DNA of 64,000 nt, from contig JANLQI010000360.1 in the NCBI GenBank assembly GCA_031367705.1, positions 3,012 to 67,011 on the forward strand. The letters are read 5' to 3'. Positions 6,768-16,221 of this stretch are shown piece by piece. How positions within the stretch are numbered: the first letter of the stretch is position 1; every line of letters starts with the position of its first letter. The position numbers and the translations under genes were made by a program. The notes beneath the pieces are model-generated. The model worked only from the letters and a program-made list of their open reading frames with translations. It was not told where the DNA came from and did not search any database. The stretch comes from Saprospiraceae bacterium (lineage in GTDB: Bacteria; Bacteroidota; Bacteroidia; Chitinophagales; Saprospiraceae).

Positions 6768-8978
6768 TCACCTACTATCCCAATGCTTCACATGCCAAAA
6801 AGGAATGTCCCAACTCAAATTAACATTGAAGCGAAATTCAAACTTTTTCAAGAAAACAGCATCATCGGTCACTTTGGACAAACGCGGTTGGGCTTGATAA
6901 CCCAAGCCGAGGTTTATAGGGCTGTTGAAGAGTCGCCCAAACATGATAAATAGCCCGGGCGAAAAGATATTGCTCAATTTTACTTTCGGAATACTGTCTG
7001 TTGTGTTCGTGAAGCGAAAACCTGCGATAGCACCGACATCCACCAAACTGGCGAAAAACTGAATGGTCTTTGGCGTGAAAAAGTCGCCAATTTTCTGTTT
7101 TTTACTGAGGGGGTAGTGCCGTTGGTTTTTTAAACCATAACTGAGGTTGATGCCAATAGGCGCAGCAATGCTGAAATAACCCGCGCTGTCATTTTGCCTA
7201 AACGTATTTTGTAGTCCAATATAACTGTTGATACTCAACAACCAGCCTTTTTCTTTGATATGTGTACCACCAGACGGTGTCATCGTGCTTTCTAAAAGTT
7301 CGGCGACGGCATCGCTGCTTTGTGCCAACACCATCGAAGCAGCAAACGAACTGTATTTGATGAATTTTAGAATGCCTGTATATTCCAAAGGCTTTTTTCC
7401 AAGCGAATCGCCGTCCACATACAGTTTTTCGATGACCATTGGTTTATTCTCCTTCATAATGTATGTGCCAGAAAACGATTTGTATTCCCGCACAGGCACC
7501 ATGTTGTTGGCACTATTGGGCTGATAAAAAGTATTCAAAGTGTCAATTCTGATAAAGTTTTTACCTTCTTTCACATACATCGGTCTTGAGTCAAAGGCTT
7601 GCACCAATTCTGCAATGTGTTGCACGGCAGCGTGGTATTCGCGTCCTTTCATTTCGGCATAAATGCGGGGCAGCATTTCAGCGACATAAATGCCTTTGTA
7701 CCACGTGCGTGGCAAAGCGGTTTCGGGTTCTAAAATATCTTTAATGGTAGGTGCAAATTTGACCAATGACAATATGTTTTCGTAGGAAGAGACCATTTTA
7801 TCCCAATAGAATTTTTCGTCATTTCCTTGAGCCAAACGCATTTCTTTATTCGCCATTTCTATCATATTGACACGACTTATCAGACCTTGAACATAGTTAC
7901 GCATTTTGTAAAAATTGTCCTTTTTGTCGTATAAACCATTGATAAAATGCCGTAAAGTCTGTCCATTCTGAAAAGTTATCGGTTTTTTATTGTCGTCAAC
8001 GGCTAATTGGTAAACCGTTCCCATCCAAATTTGAGCCCCCAAAGCATCACCTTTTACAAGCAGATTCAAACTGTCCAAACCGTTTATCCAATAATGCGTC
8101 GAATCGGCGGGGTTTGAAGACCTAAAACTGGTCGAAATGAGTTGAATCGTTTGCAGTCCTGCCCTCAAATCCAGCCCTTCGCCTTCATCGAAAGCTTCGC
8201 TGAAATGTATGTTTTCGATGATGTGACCAGGGTGTTGATTGCGAATTAAACCGTCTGCAAATTGCGTAGCTGTTGTCAAAAAGTCTCGTCCTGTTTGATT
8301 GCCTTTGAAGGCTTTGGCGTACTTTTCTGTTTCTAAAAGTTGGGTGGTATTGGCAAAAACATTGGCTAAATCTTCTTCCATTTTTTGGCGCAAACCAGCG
8401 ATGTATTGTTCAAACACATAAATATCTTTATCCATCAAAGCCAAGCCGCCAGAAGTGTTTGGAAACAGGGTTTTCAGTTCGAGACTGTTGTCCATTTCCT
8501 TTTTCATTTTTTGAAAAAACACCACGTTTAGGTCTTGTTTGAAGCGTTTGACAATGATTTTTGCAAAGGCATCGGCAAAAATAGTCGCGTTTAAATTGCC
8601 GACTTTGGAGGCAAAAGACTTTTTCCCGCCTGACCCAACACCTCTGTCGCCACTGAACATACTGATGGGGTCAGAAAATCCCCAAAAGTTATCAACATCC
8701 AAGGCATTGTACATGAAGTCGTTGTCTCTAAAGGCATTTTGAATATCTTGAATTGTTATATTTTTCGACATTTGCTGAGTCTCAATCAAGTAATCCGCAA
8801 GCGTTTTATACATACTCTGAGCTTGTTCGCTCGAATGTTTGTCTATTTTGCGATAAGCCTTAATCGAATCAGCCAAACGGAGCGAGGCATTATAAACAGG
8901 CACAACAGGTGGTTTTTGTGCCACCGATTGGGTCATAAATAATAGCAAAAAACTGAAAAGGAGTGTATATTTTATCAT
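6768..8978 (-). CDS. Secreted hypothetical protein (736 aa)
   Basis: N-terminal signal peptide MIKYTLLFSFLLLFMTQSVAQ. Its start overlaps the stop of the upstream protease gene by 4 nt. Confidence 0.6.
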   Translation of the reverse strand: MIKYTLLFSFLLLFMTQSVAQKPPVVPVYNASLRLADSIKAYRKIDKHSSEQAQSMYKTLADYLIETQQMSKNITIQDIQNAFRDNDFMYNALDVDNFWGFSDPISMFSGDRGVGSGGKKSFASKVGNLNATIFADAFAKIIVKRFKQDLNVVFFQKMKKEMDNSLELKTLFPNTSGGLALMDKDIYVFEQYIAGLRQKMEEDLANVFANTTQLLETEKYAKAFKGNQTGRDFLTTATQFADGLIRNQHPGHIIENIHFSEAFDEGEGLDLRAGLQTIQLISTSFRSSNPADSTHYWINGLDSLNLLVKGDALGAQIWMGTVYQLAVDDNKKPITFQNGQTLRHFINGLYDKKDNFYKMRNYVQGLISRVNMIEMANKEMRLAQGNDEKFYWDKMVSSYENILSLVKFAPTIKDILEPETALPRTWYKGIYVAEMLPRIYAEMKGREYHAAVQHIAELVQAFDSRPMYVKEGKNFIRIDTLNTFYQPNSANNMVPVREYKSFSGTYIMKENKPMVIEKLYVDGDSLGKKPLEYTGILKFIKYSSFAASMVLAQSSDAVAELLESTMTPSGGTHIKEKGWLLSINSYIGLQNTFRQNDSAGYFSIAAPIGINLSYGLKNQRHYPLSKKQKIGDFFTPKTIQFFASLVDVGAIAGFRFTNTTDSIPKVKLSNIFSPGLFIMFGRLFNSPINLGLGYQAQPRLSKVTDDAVFLKKFEFRFNVNLSWDIPFWHVKHWDSR

Positions 8979-9796
8979 AGTATTGCGGTTAAATTAAGTG
9001 TTATGTTTTTTTTCTTAAAGGCATCAATGACTTCAGATATGGGCATGACCAAAGTGCTGTAATCACTATCGGAAAATACGACCCCTATCAAAGCGTTGTC
9101 AGAAACCCGCAAAAGCCACGAACCACTATCACCTTGTGCTGAAATCTTTTTAGCTTTTCTATCATTTAAAATATCAGAAACAAAAATGGCATTTTCGTAT
9201 CGCCCCAATTTCCATGGGCCTTCTTGGTTTATTTTTCTAATGACACCTTTCGCTTTTGTTTTAATTCTATCATTAAAAAAACAGACTTCTGTACCGAGTT
9301 CAAGGTCTTGAATTTCCACAAATTTAGTAGGTGAACCTATCTTTTCGTTACCGAATTTATCGGTCAATTCTATCAATGCAATGTCTAATTTGCTATTGAT
9401 AAAGGCTGTTTCTGCATTAAAAACACCAATTTTATCGCCTTTTTCAGAAATCACAACGAAAGATTCTTCGGGCGAAAAAGTATTAAAATTTTCGTTATTT
9501 TGTTTGACTACATGACAACAGGTGACACCATAATGAACACCTTTGTCGGACACCAAAACGCCGCCCAGAGTGCCTTTATCGTCTTTTCTATGTTCATTGG
9601 CAATGAGCATCCCTGCAAATTTATATTCATTTATTACTGCTGTTAGGCTCGCAATCGCAGTTTCAGTCAGACTGAAAGAGGGCATTGCTTCAATACTTCG
9701 AGAGTCGGGCATAAGAAAGGTTGGGTTTTCCCTTGATTTTTTAGCTTTTTTCATTTTTTTCTTTAGTTTTCTTGGTAATCGTTTTCGTTTAGCCAT
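8975..9796 (-). CDS. Trypsin-like serine peptidase with a Lys/Arg-rich N-terminus
   Basis: Candidate catalytic triad: His in VTCCHVV, Asp in LDIALIEL, Ser in AQGDSGSW. No obvious signal peptide; the N-terminus is MAKRKRLPRKLKKKMKKAKKS. Confidence 0.7.
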   Translation of the reverse strand: MAKRKRLPRKLKKKMKKAKKSRENPTFLMPDSRSIEAMPSFSLTETAIASLTAVINEYKFAGMLIANEHRKDDKGTLGGVLVSDKGVHYGVTCCHVVKQNNENFNTFSPEESFVVISEKGDKIGVFNAETAFINSKLDIALIELTDKFGNEKIGSPTKFVEIQDLELGTEVCFFNDRIKTKAKGVIRKINQEGPWKLGRYENAIFVSDILNDRKAKKISAQGDSGSWLLRVSDNALIGVVFSDSDYSTLVMPISEVIDAFKKKNITLNLTAIL

Positions 9797-10003
9797 TTTT
9801 AAATTAAGTTTGAAATTGAATGATTATTCATGTTTTGTTCTAAGAAATTCCCTGATTTTTAAAGAAAATAGGGCTTTCGTAAGATAGTACAAATAAAAAC
9901 AAATATACAATTAATTGAAAAAAAATAGTCTATTCAAAACCTTTTTTCTAAATCGGCTATTGCACCTTCTCTCTTTATTTCATCTATAAAACGCCATAAG
10001 ACT

Positions 10004-10339
10004 ATGAAGAATCAAACGAAACTCATCTTTGTAAAAACCATCCATACTCTCGTATGGCTCTTTTTCAATGTGGTCTTATTCTATCTGGCTTATGCCGTTA
10101 TCATCAATAAAATTGACAAATATGTTTGGATTGGCATAGCCCTTATTGTGCTGGAAGGCATTGTTTTGCTTACATTCAATAAGATGTGTCCACTGACGAT
10201 TGTAGCCCGTAAATATTCCGATTCAACAAAAGACAACTTTGATATTTATCTACCTGAATGGTTGGCAAAATACAATAAACTGATTTATACAACATTATTC
10301 ATCATCATTTTATGCGGTTTGATTTATAGAATGACATGA
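10004..10339 (+). CDS. Small membrane protein (possibly DUF2784)
   Basis: Three hydrophobic segments and a CPLT motif. Confidence 0.45.
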   Translation: MKNQTKLIFVKTIHTLVWLFFNVVLFYLAYAVIINKIDKYVWIGIALIVLEGIVLLTFNKMCPLTIVARKYSDSTKDNFDIYLPEWLAKYNKLIYTTLFIIILCGLIYRMT

Positions 10340-10450
10340 TTCTAATCATTTTATGCGCTGATAGTTGTCACCATACCCCCCTCAGTATTTTGCTACTTTT
10401 GTGCAAATCATTTACTATAACTTAGGTATTAACCATAAAAATGAAAAAAT

Positions 10451-11281
10451 ATGACAACCATTCTCGTTACCACTGATTTCTCAACGAATTCAAAAAAAGG
10501 TATCCGTTTCGCATTGCAATTGGCTGCGCAAATGCCTTGTAAATTGATCTTTTATCATGCCTTAGAGTTATTGACACCGACAGCTTGGCGCAAAGAAGAT
10601 GCGATTAAATTTGTCGAAAATGCTGTCAAAAAGGTCAATAAAGAATTGGATGGTTTTATGAATAGTATCTTCAAACAAACCAAAATACAACCGAAAGCTT
10701 ACGAAAACGTCGTTGATATAGGCATGGGCGTAGATAGTATGATAGTCAACTACGCAAAGGATATTCAAGCAGATTACATCTGTATGTGTACAAGAGGTGC
10801 GGGTGTTTTGAAAAAAATCATTGGTACAAATGCTTCTACTTTGGTCAATACATCGCCCGTTCCTGTCATTGTTGTGCCACATAATTATCGCATGAAACCT
10901 ATCACTAAAGTCGGTTATGCTTCAGATTTTGAAAATATAGACAAAGAACTGACAACAGTTACTCAATTAGCTACTTCATTGAATGCAAACATGGATGTGT
11001 ATCATTTCTATTATCAATTGCATAAAACCGATAATAAGGAGGCGTTTGAAGCGATTAAAGCAAAATATGAATCGGAAAAAGTGGTTTTTTATGTGCCAAA
11101 ATTACATTTAGAACAATCACTTATTGAAAACTTGCAACAGGCCATCAATCATAAGCGACCCTCTATGTTGGTGATGTTCACAAAACATAAAAAGAGTTGG
11201 TTTGAACGTTTCTTTTTTGAAAGCAAAACGGCTGAAATGAGTTACGATATTAAAATTCCATTATTAGCGATTAGAAAGTAG
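10451..11281 (+). CDS. Universal stress protein family (tandem Usp domains)
   Basis: ILVTTDFSTNS..., ...TRGAGVLKKIIGTNASTLVNTSPVPVIVVP, with a second half of similar layout. Confidence 0.75.
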   Translation: MTTILVTTDFSTNSKKGIRFALQLAAQMPCKLIFYHALELLTPTAWRKEDAIKFVENAVKKVNKELDGFMNSIFKQTKIQPKAYENVVDIGMGVDSMIVNYAKDIQADYICMCTRGAGVLKKIIGTNASTLVNTSPVPVIVVPHNYRMKPITKVGYASDFENIDKELTTVTQLATSLNANMDVYHFYYQLHKTDNKEAFEAIKAKYESEKVVFYVPKLHLEQSLIENLQQAINHKRPSMLVMFTKHKKSWFERFFFESKTAEMSYDIKIPLLAIRK

Positions 11282-11358
11282 GTGAATAAGAATGTTGTAA
11301 AAAACATAAAAACGCTCAAAAATACTGAGGGGGGTATCTTTTTTTTTACTTTTGAAAC

Positions 11359-12402
11359 ATGAATGATAAAGAATCCAATTTCACGACTATTTCGATTAGA
11401 CAATCGGCTTTCATATTACTAATTGTCCTCGTCGGCAGCCTTATTTTTTGGCAGCTCAACAACTTTATCCCTGCTTTTTTGGGTGCTTACACTTTGTATG
11501 TTTTATCCCGAAAATGGATGTTTCGGTTGACAAAAAGATTCAAAGGGCGTGCTGTTTTGGCCGCCTCTTTATTGATGCTCATGTCTTTTGTTATCATACT
11601 TTTGCCCATCAATGGCTTGTTAAGTATTCTTTCATCGCGCATTCTGCCAGCGATTAAACATTCTAATGAAGTGTGGGCTTCTGTCGAATCTCTGATTCAT
11701 AATTTGGAGCAACAATATGGTTTTATTATCTTAAGTGAACAAAACCTAAAGAACTTAGGCGAATGGGGTATGGTTGAAATGCAAAAAGTCGTTGGTGCAA
11801 CTTTTAATGGCTTAATTACGGTCATTGTCATGTATTTTATCCTGTTTTTTATGTTGACGGAAGCCCGAACGTTTGAAAATATACTCTATAAATGGCTGCC
11901 TTTGAAAGAGCAAAGTACTGTTTATTTAAAGAAAGAACTCAATAATTTAGTGTTTTCAAACGCAATTGGCATTCCACTTGTGGCTCTGATACAAGGCATA
12001 TTTGCTTTGATTGGCTATTGGATTGCAGGTGTAGAAGAATCTTTTATTTGGTTTATTGCTACGTGCGTGGCAGCCGTTATTCCTATTTTAGGCTCGGCTT
12101 TGGTCTATGTGCCGCTTGGCATCATGTTGATTGCACAAGGTCAGACAACCTGGGGTATTTTTTTACTCTTATATGGTTTTCTCATTATCGGTTCAGTAGA
12201 TAATATTTTTCGTTTTTGGTTGCAAGAAAAAATTGGTAATATTCACCCTTTGATAACCATTTTTGGTGTCATCATGGGTCTCAATCTTTTTGGTTTCATC
12301 GGTTTGATATTTGGACCCATTCTGATTTCAGTCTTTTTATTATTGATTGAAATTTATAGAAAAGAGTTCAATGAAAAACCTCTCGAAGATATCGAAACTT
12401 GA
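11359..12402 (+). CDS. AI-2E family (PerM/UPF0118) transporter
   Basis: Polytopic membrane protein of about 350 aa with the usual AI-2E layout. Confidence 0.65.
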   Translation: MNDKESNFTTISIRQSAFILLIVLVGSLIFWQLNNFIPAFLGAYTLYVLSRKWMFRLTKRFKGRAVLAASLLMLMSFVIILLPINGLLSILSSRILPAIKHSNEVWASVESLIHNLEQQYGFIILSEQNLKNLGEWGMVEMQKVVGATFNGLITVIVMYFILFFMLTEARTFENILYKWLPLKEQSTVYLKKELNNLVFSNAIGIPLVALIQGIFALIGYWIAGVEESFIWFIATCVAAVIPILGSALVYVPLGIMLIAQGQTTWGIFLLLYGFLIIGSVDNIFRFWLQEKIGNIHPLITIFGVIMGLNLFGFIGLIFGPILISVFLLLIEIYRKEFNEKPLEDIET

Positions 12403-12479
12403 TGCTTTTACTTGTATTTGAGTAATAAATAGACGAATTTTGTACTTTTTAAAATCACTTTTTACTAAAAACACATCTT

Positions 12480-12689
12480 ATGAAGACCATAAAAGAGCTC
12501 AATGACGATATTCTGAAAATGACAATGAAAATTAACGAACAGCATCCAGAATTGTCGAAATACCTTGAAGAAATGCCCGACACCATTCCAAATGTTGCTG
12601 ACCCCCACATGGATAGGGAAACGCTTCTTAAATATCACGAATCTTTGCTGACATTAATGAAGCAATATGAAGTCAATCACCAGGGATAA
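12480..12689 (+). CDS. Hypothetical small protein (69 aa)
   Basis: ORF only. Confidence 0.4.
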   Translation: MKTIKELNDDILKMTMKINEQHPELSKYLEEMPDTIPNVADPHMDRETLLKYHESLLTLMKQYEVNHQG

Positions 12690-12790
12690 TTGGGGTTGAA
12701 AATGCCCCCCTCAGTATTTTATAGTAAATCAAATGACGGTATGATTGTCAATCATCCCGTCATTAATCTGTTAAAAACGTATAAGAAAAC

Positions 12791-13798
12791 ATGAAAGTAG
12801 CTGTATTCAGTACAAAACCCTACGACCGCACGTACCTCGATAAATTCAATACCGACAATCAACATGAACTCACTTTCTTTGATGCGTCTTTGATTGTTAA
12901 CACCTCAAATTTAGCCATTGGGTTTGATGCCGTTTGTGTCTTTGTCAGTGATAAAATTGACAAGGAAACCATTGGAAAATTGGCAGAAAATGGCGTAAAA
13001 CTCATTGATTTGCGCTGTGCGGGTTTCAATAATGTGGATTTAGAAGCTGCCTCTGAACACCAAATTAAAGTGTTGAGAGTGCCTGCTTATTCGCCGCAAG
13101 CAGTCGCTGAACACGCGGTGGCTATAATTTTAACGCTCAATCGGAAAACGCATAAAACCTATAATCGGGTAAGAGAAGGGAACTTTTCATTAGAAAATCT
13201 GATGGGTTTTAATCTCTATGGCAAAACAATAGGCGTGATTGGAACGGGGAGAATAGGAGAGGCGTTTTGCCACATCATGCAAGGTTTTGGTTGTAAGGTT
13301 TTGGCTTATGACATCCATGAATCCAAAAGTTTGAAAGCAAAAGGCATCGAATACACGTCTTTAGAAGCGATTTTAAGCGATTCTGATATTATTTCGTTGC
13401 ATTGTCCGCTTACACCACAAACACATTATCTGTTCAACAGTGAGACTTTTGCTAAAATGAAACAAGGTGCGATGCTCATAAACACGAGTCGTGGCGGCTT
13501 AATCAATACCAAAGATGCTGTTAAAGCCTTAAAAAAAGGACAATTAGGCTATTTGGGCATTGATGTTTATGAACAGGAAGAAAATTTGTTTTTCAATGAT
13601 TTATCAGACAGTATCATCAAAGATGACTTGATTCAACGATTGGTGTCTTTTCACAATGTTCTCATTACACCGCATCAAGGTTTTTTTACTCACGAAGCCT
13701 TGAGCCAAATTGCGATTACGACGATGAAAAACTTTACGGATTTTGAAAAAGGTGTGGCTTCCGAAAACGAGGTGCAGTTTGAAAAAGTAAAGGCATAA
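12791..13798 (+). CDS. ldhA: D-lactate dehydrogenase / D-2-hydroxyacid dehydrogenase
   Basis: MKVAVFSTKPYDRTYLDKFN... parallels the LdhA N-terminus. It has the GxGxxG motif GVIGTGRIG and the C-terminal ...ITPHQGFFT. Confidence 0.9.
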   Translation: MKVAVFSTKPYDRTYLDKFNTDNQHELTFFDASLIVNTSNLAIGFDAVCVFVSDKIDKETIGKLAENGVKLIDLRCAGFNNVDLEAASEHQIKVLRVPAYSPQAVAEHAVAIILTLNRKTHKTYNRVREGNFSLENLMGFNLYGKTIGVIGTGRIGEAFCHIMQGFGCKVLAYDIHESKSLKAKGIEYTSLEAILSDSDIISLHCPLTPQTHYLFNSETFAKMKQGAMLINTSRGGLINTKDAVKALKKGQLGYLGIDVYEQEENLFFNDLSDSIIKDDLIQRLVSFHNVLITPHQGFFTHEALSQIAITTMKNFTDFEKGVASENEVQFEKVKA

Positions 13799-13843
13799 AA
13801 AAACGGTGATAAGATGCAATGACTTCTTATCGCCGTTTTTTTT
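13797..13843 (+). terminator. Rho-independent terminator of ldhA
   Basis: ACGGTGATAAG-N12-CTTATCGCCGT followed by a T-run. Confidence 0.75.
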
Positions 13844-13933
13844 GATATTTAAAGAACAATGAAAAATAAATTGACAAACTGCATTTTGCAAATTCATCAT
13901 TTATCATTCATAGTTCATCATTTTCTGAAAATA

Positions 13934-14500
13934 TTACTTTTCAGAATAAGTCTTCTTATAATTCTCAAAAGTTTGGGTTTTAAAGGCTTCTTCTACCGTA
14001 AAGCGCAATTCTGGTAGCAATTGTTCAGGCGTTTTGTAACCTGGAGAAATGGCAGTGCGCTCATACTTTTCCGTCAAATAAACAATACTTGGATAGCCCA
14101 TATTGCCATCGAGCAAGGCATAAGCCAATGTATGAACACCATTCCGTCCACCGCCTTTTTCAGGAGAAATATATGCAAAATCTTTATTGTCGAAACGAAT
14201 CGTATCGTGTCCTTCAGCGTCGAGTTTCACGCAATAGTAGTGTTTATTGAGATAATCGGCAATTGTGTCATTGGTAAACGTTTGTTTATCCATGACTTTG
14301 CACCAACCACACCACGAAGTATAAACGTCAACGAGTATTTTTTTAGGCTCTTTTTTATTGAGTTCAGCAGCTTCTTCCCAAGACAACCACTTGATTTTTT
14401 CAACGGTTATAGCTGGTTGAGGTGTCGTTTGTTTGTAGGTAAATGCCGCAATTGCAAAGCAACCGACGAGCATAAGGACTGGCAAAAGAATTTTTTTCAT
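13934..14500 (-). CDS. Thioredoxin-fold protein with signal peptide
   Basis: SWCGWCKVMD is a CxxC motif. An N-terminal signal or lipoprotein-like segment is present. Confidence 0.8.
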   Translation of the reverse strand: MKKILLPVLMLVGCFAIAAFTYKQTTPQPAITVEKIKWLSWEEAAELNKKEPKKILVDVYTSWCGWCKVMDKQTFTNDTIADYLNKHYYCVKLDAEGHDTIRFDNKDFAYISPEKGGGRNGVHTLAYALLDGNMGYPSIVYLTEKYERTAISPGYKTPEQLLPELRFTVEEAFKTQTFENYKKTYSEK

Positions 14501-14510
14501 GTCAAGAAAT

Positions 14511-14550
14511 GAATTAGGAATTAGGAATTAGGAATTAGGAATTAGGAATT
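14511..14550. repeat. Heptanucleotide tandem repeat, (GAATTAG) about 5.7 copies
   Basis: GAATTAGGAATTAGGAATTAGGAATTAGGAATTAGGAATT, located 10 nt upstream of the thioredoxin-fold gene start. Confidence 0.9.
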
Positions 14551-14709
14551 TTTTAAGTCTATACTGAGGGGGTGGCTTTTACTACAAAAAATGATATTTT
14601 TAATGATTTTTGCAACAAAGTTACATACATATTTGTCACAGAGTTGTGTTTTTAAAACAACCTTAACATCAATCAAAAAATAGTCATTCATAAAAAATAG
14701 TCAAAATCT

Positions 14710-15279
14710 GTGATAAAGAAGAAAGTCGTTGTCGCCATTGGCGGCTCAAGTGGGGCGATTTACGCCAAAGTTTTACTCGATAAATTGACACAACTCAAAA
14801 ACCAGACCGAAGCCGTGGGTATCGTCATGAGTGACAATGCCCGTTATAATTGGCTGCATGAATTGGGTATCGAAGGTTGGCGCGCCTATGATTTTTCTTT
14901 TTATGAAAAAATGGACTTCATGGCACCTTTCGCAAGCGGTTCAGCCCGCTATGATACGATGATTGTCTGCCCATGTTCGATGGGGCTTTTGGCGCGTATG
15001 GCAATGGGTCTTTCAACCGATTTGGTGACACGCGCGGCTGATGTCATGCTCAAAGAACGTCGCCGCCTCATCATCGTGCCACGTGAGACCCCCCTCAGTA
15101 TTATCCACATAAACAACATGAAAACGTTGACAGAAGCGGGTGCTATCATCTGTCCCGCTACGCCCAGTTTTTACAGCCGTCCACAAACCTTAGAAGAAAT
15201 AGCGGCAACGGTTGTTGACCGCATTTTAGATTTGGCAGGTTTTGATTTGGAAACTTATCGGTGGAGTGAAAATAAGTGA
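14710..15279 (+). CDS. ubiX: Flavin prenyltransferase UbiX
   Basis: VVAIGGSSGAIYA..., MIVCPCSMG..., RERRRLIIVPRETPLS. GTG start. Confidence 0.9.
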   Translation: MIKKKVVVAIGGSSGAIYAKVLLDKLTQLKNQTEAVGIVMSDNARYNWLHELGIEGWRAYDFSFYEKMDFMAPFASGSARYDTMIVCPCSMGLLARMAMGLSTDLVTRAADVMLKERRRLIIVPRETPLSIIHINNMKTLTEAGAIICPATPSFYSRPQTLEEIAATVVDRILDLAGFDLETYRWSENK

Positions 15280-15354
15280 AAAATGAAAAATGAAAAGTGA
15301 AAAGTGAAAAGTGGTGTCACCCAACTTTTCACTTTTCATTTTTCACTTTTCATT
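15276..15354. terminator. Bidirectional terminator built from GTGAAAA/GTGAAAAG words
   Basis: The left arm GTGAAAAATGAAAAATGAAAAGTGAAAAGTGAAAAGT pairs with ACTTTTCACTTTTCATTTTTCACTTTTCATT. It overlaps the 3' ends of the convergent ubiX and udk genes. Confidence 0.8.
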
Positions 15355-15975
15355 CCTTAATTTGTCCCTCAAAAAGCCACAAAGCGCATCCAAACCGAGG
15401 TTGAAATTCTGATTATTATTGATAATCAAATCTGCGTCTTGCATATATGGCTCGATGTATTTTTTGTATGATGGCATGACGTGGCGTTCATAACGATATA
15501 GAACATCGTCAATCGGATAGCCCCGCTCTACTTGGTCACGAAGGATGCGACGAATCACTTTCAAATGGTCAGCCGCATAAAAAAAGACTTTCATATCCAA
15601 CAAACGATATATTTTTTTGTAGTGAAATACAAAAAGCCCTTCCACGATGATGATCGCTGCGGGTTTAAAAACCTTTATTGTTGGTTCTGCATCTTTGTTG
15701 TTAAAAACGTACTCCACGCGTTCCACAACCTCCCCCCTCAGTAATTTTTCAACATCGGCATGAAACGCTTTTTTATCAATGGATTTCGGTAAATCGAAAT
15801 TATGGATGCCATTTTCGTCTGTTTCTTGCTGATGTCGTGGGAAATAGTAGTCATCTTGCGAAATTATGCACAAATCGTCTTCCGAAAACTGCTTTCTAAT
15901 ATCTTTGATAAAAGTCGTTTTGCCGCTACCCGAGCCGCCCGTAATGCCTATTAAGAATGGTTTTTGCATATTCAA
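15343..15975 (-). CDS. udk: Uridine kinase
   Basis: P-loop GITGGSGSGKTTF and overall Udk layout. Confidence 0.9.
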   Translation of the reverse strand: MNMQKPFLIGITGGSGSGKTTFIKDIRKQFSEDDLCIISQDDYYFPRHQQETDENGIHNFDLPKSIDKKAFHADVEKLLRGEVVERVEYVFNNKDAEPTIKVFKPAAIIIVEGLFVFHYKKIYRLLDMKVFFYAADHLKVIRRILRDQVERGYPIDDVLYRYERHVMPSYKKYIEPYMQDADLIINNNQNFNLGLDALCGFLRDKLRNEK

Positions 15976-15977
15976 TA

Positions 15978-16008
15978 AATGATGAATGATGAATGATAAA
16001 TGATGAAT
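15978..16008 (+). repeat. AATGATG-word repeat (31 nt family member)
   Basis: AATGATGAATGATGAATGATAAATGATGAAT. Near-identical to 20127-20157 and 56298-56328. Confidence 0.85.
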
Positions 16009-16102
16009 ATTGAGGTATTAAAATGCCCCCCTCAGTATTTCGACCACAAAAAGCACAAAATTTACAAACACAACTATATTTTTATTATTAAAAATGATTT
16101 TC

Positions 16103-16110
16103 TACATTTG
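16103..16110 (+). promoter_or_regulatory. -7 promoter box TACATTTG upstream of the nucleoside transporter gene
   Basis: TAnnTTTG match about 110 nt upstream of the start codon. Confidence 0.4.
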
Positions 16111-16122
16111 ACCGACAAGTAT

Positions 16123-16156
16123 AATGATGAATGATGAAACTCAATCATTCATCATT
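16123..16156 (+). repeat. AATGATG-word hairpin in the transporter gene leader
   Basis: AATGATGAATGATGA-AACTCA-ATCATTCATCATT, followed by more TCATCATT words up to about 16210. Confidence 0.75.
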
Positions 16157-16221
16157 TATCATTCAAAATTCATCATTTTTTATTCATACTTCATCATTCA
16201 TATTTCATATTTAAAATAATT

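Noticed and set aside
14021-14512. A 163-aa plus-strand ORF.
   Set aside because: It is entirely antisense to the well-supported thioredoxin-fold gene, which has a CxxC motif and a signal peptide.
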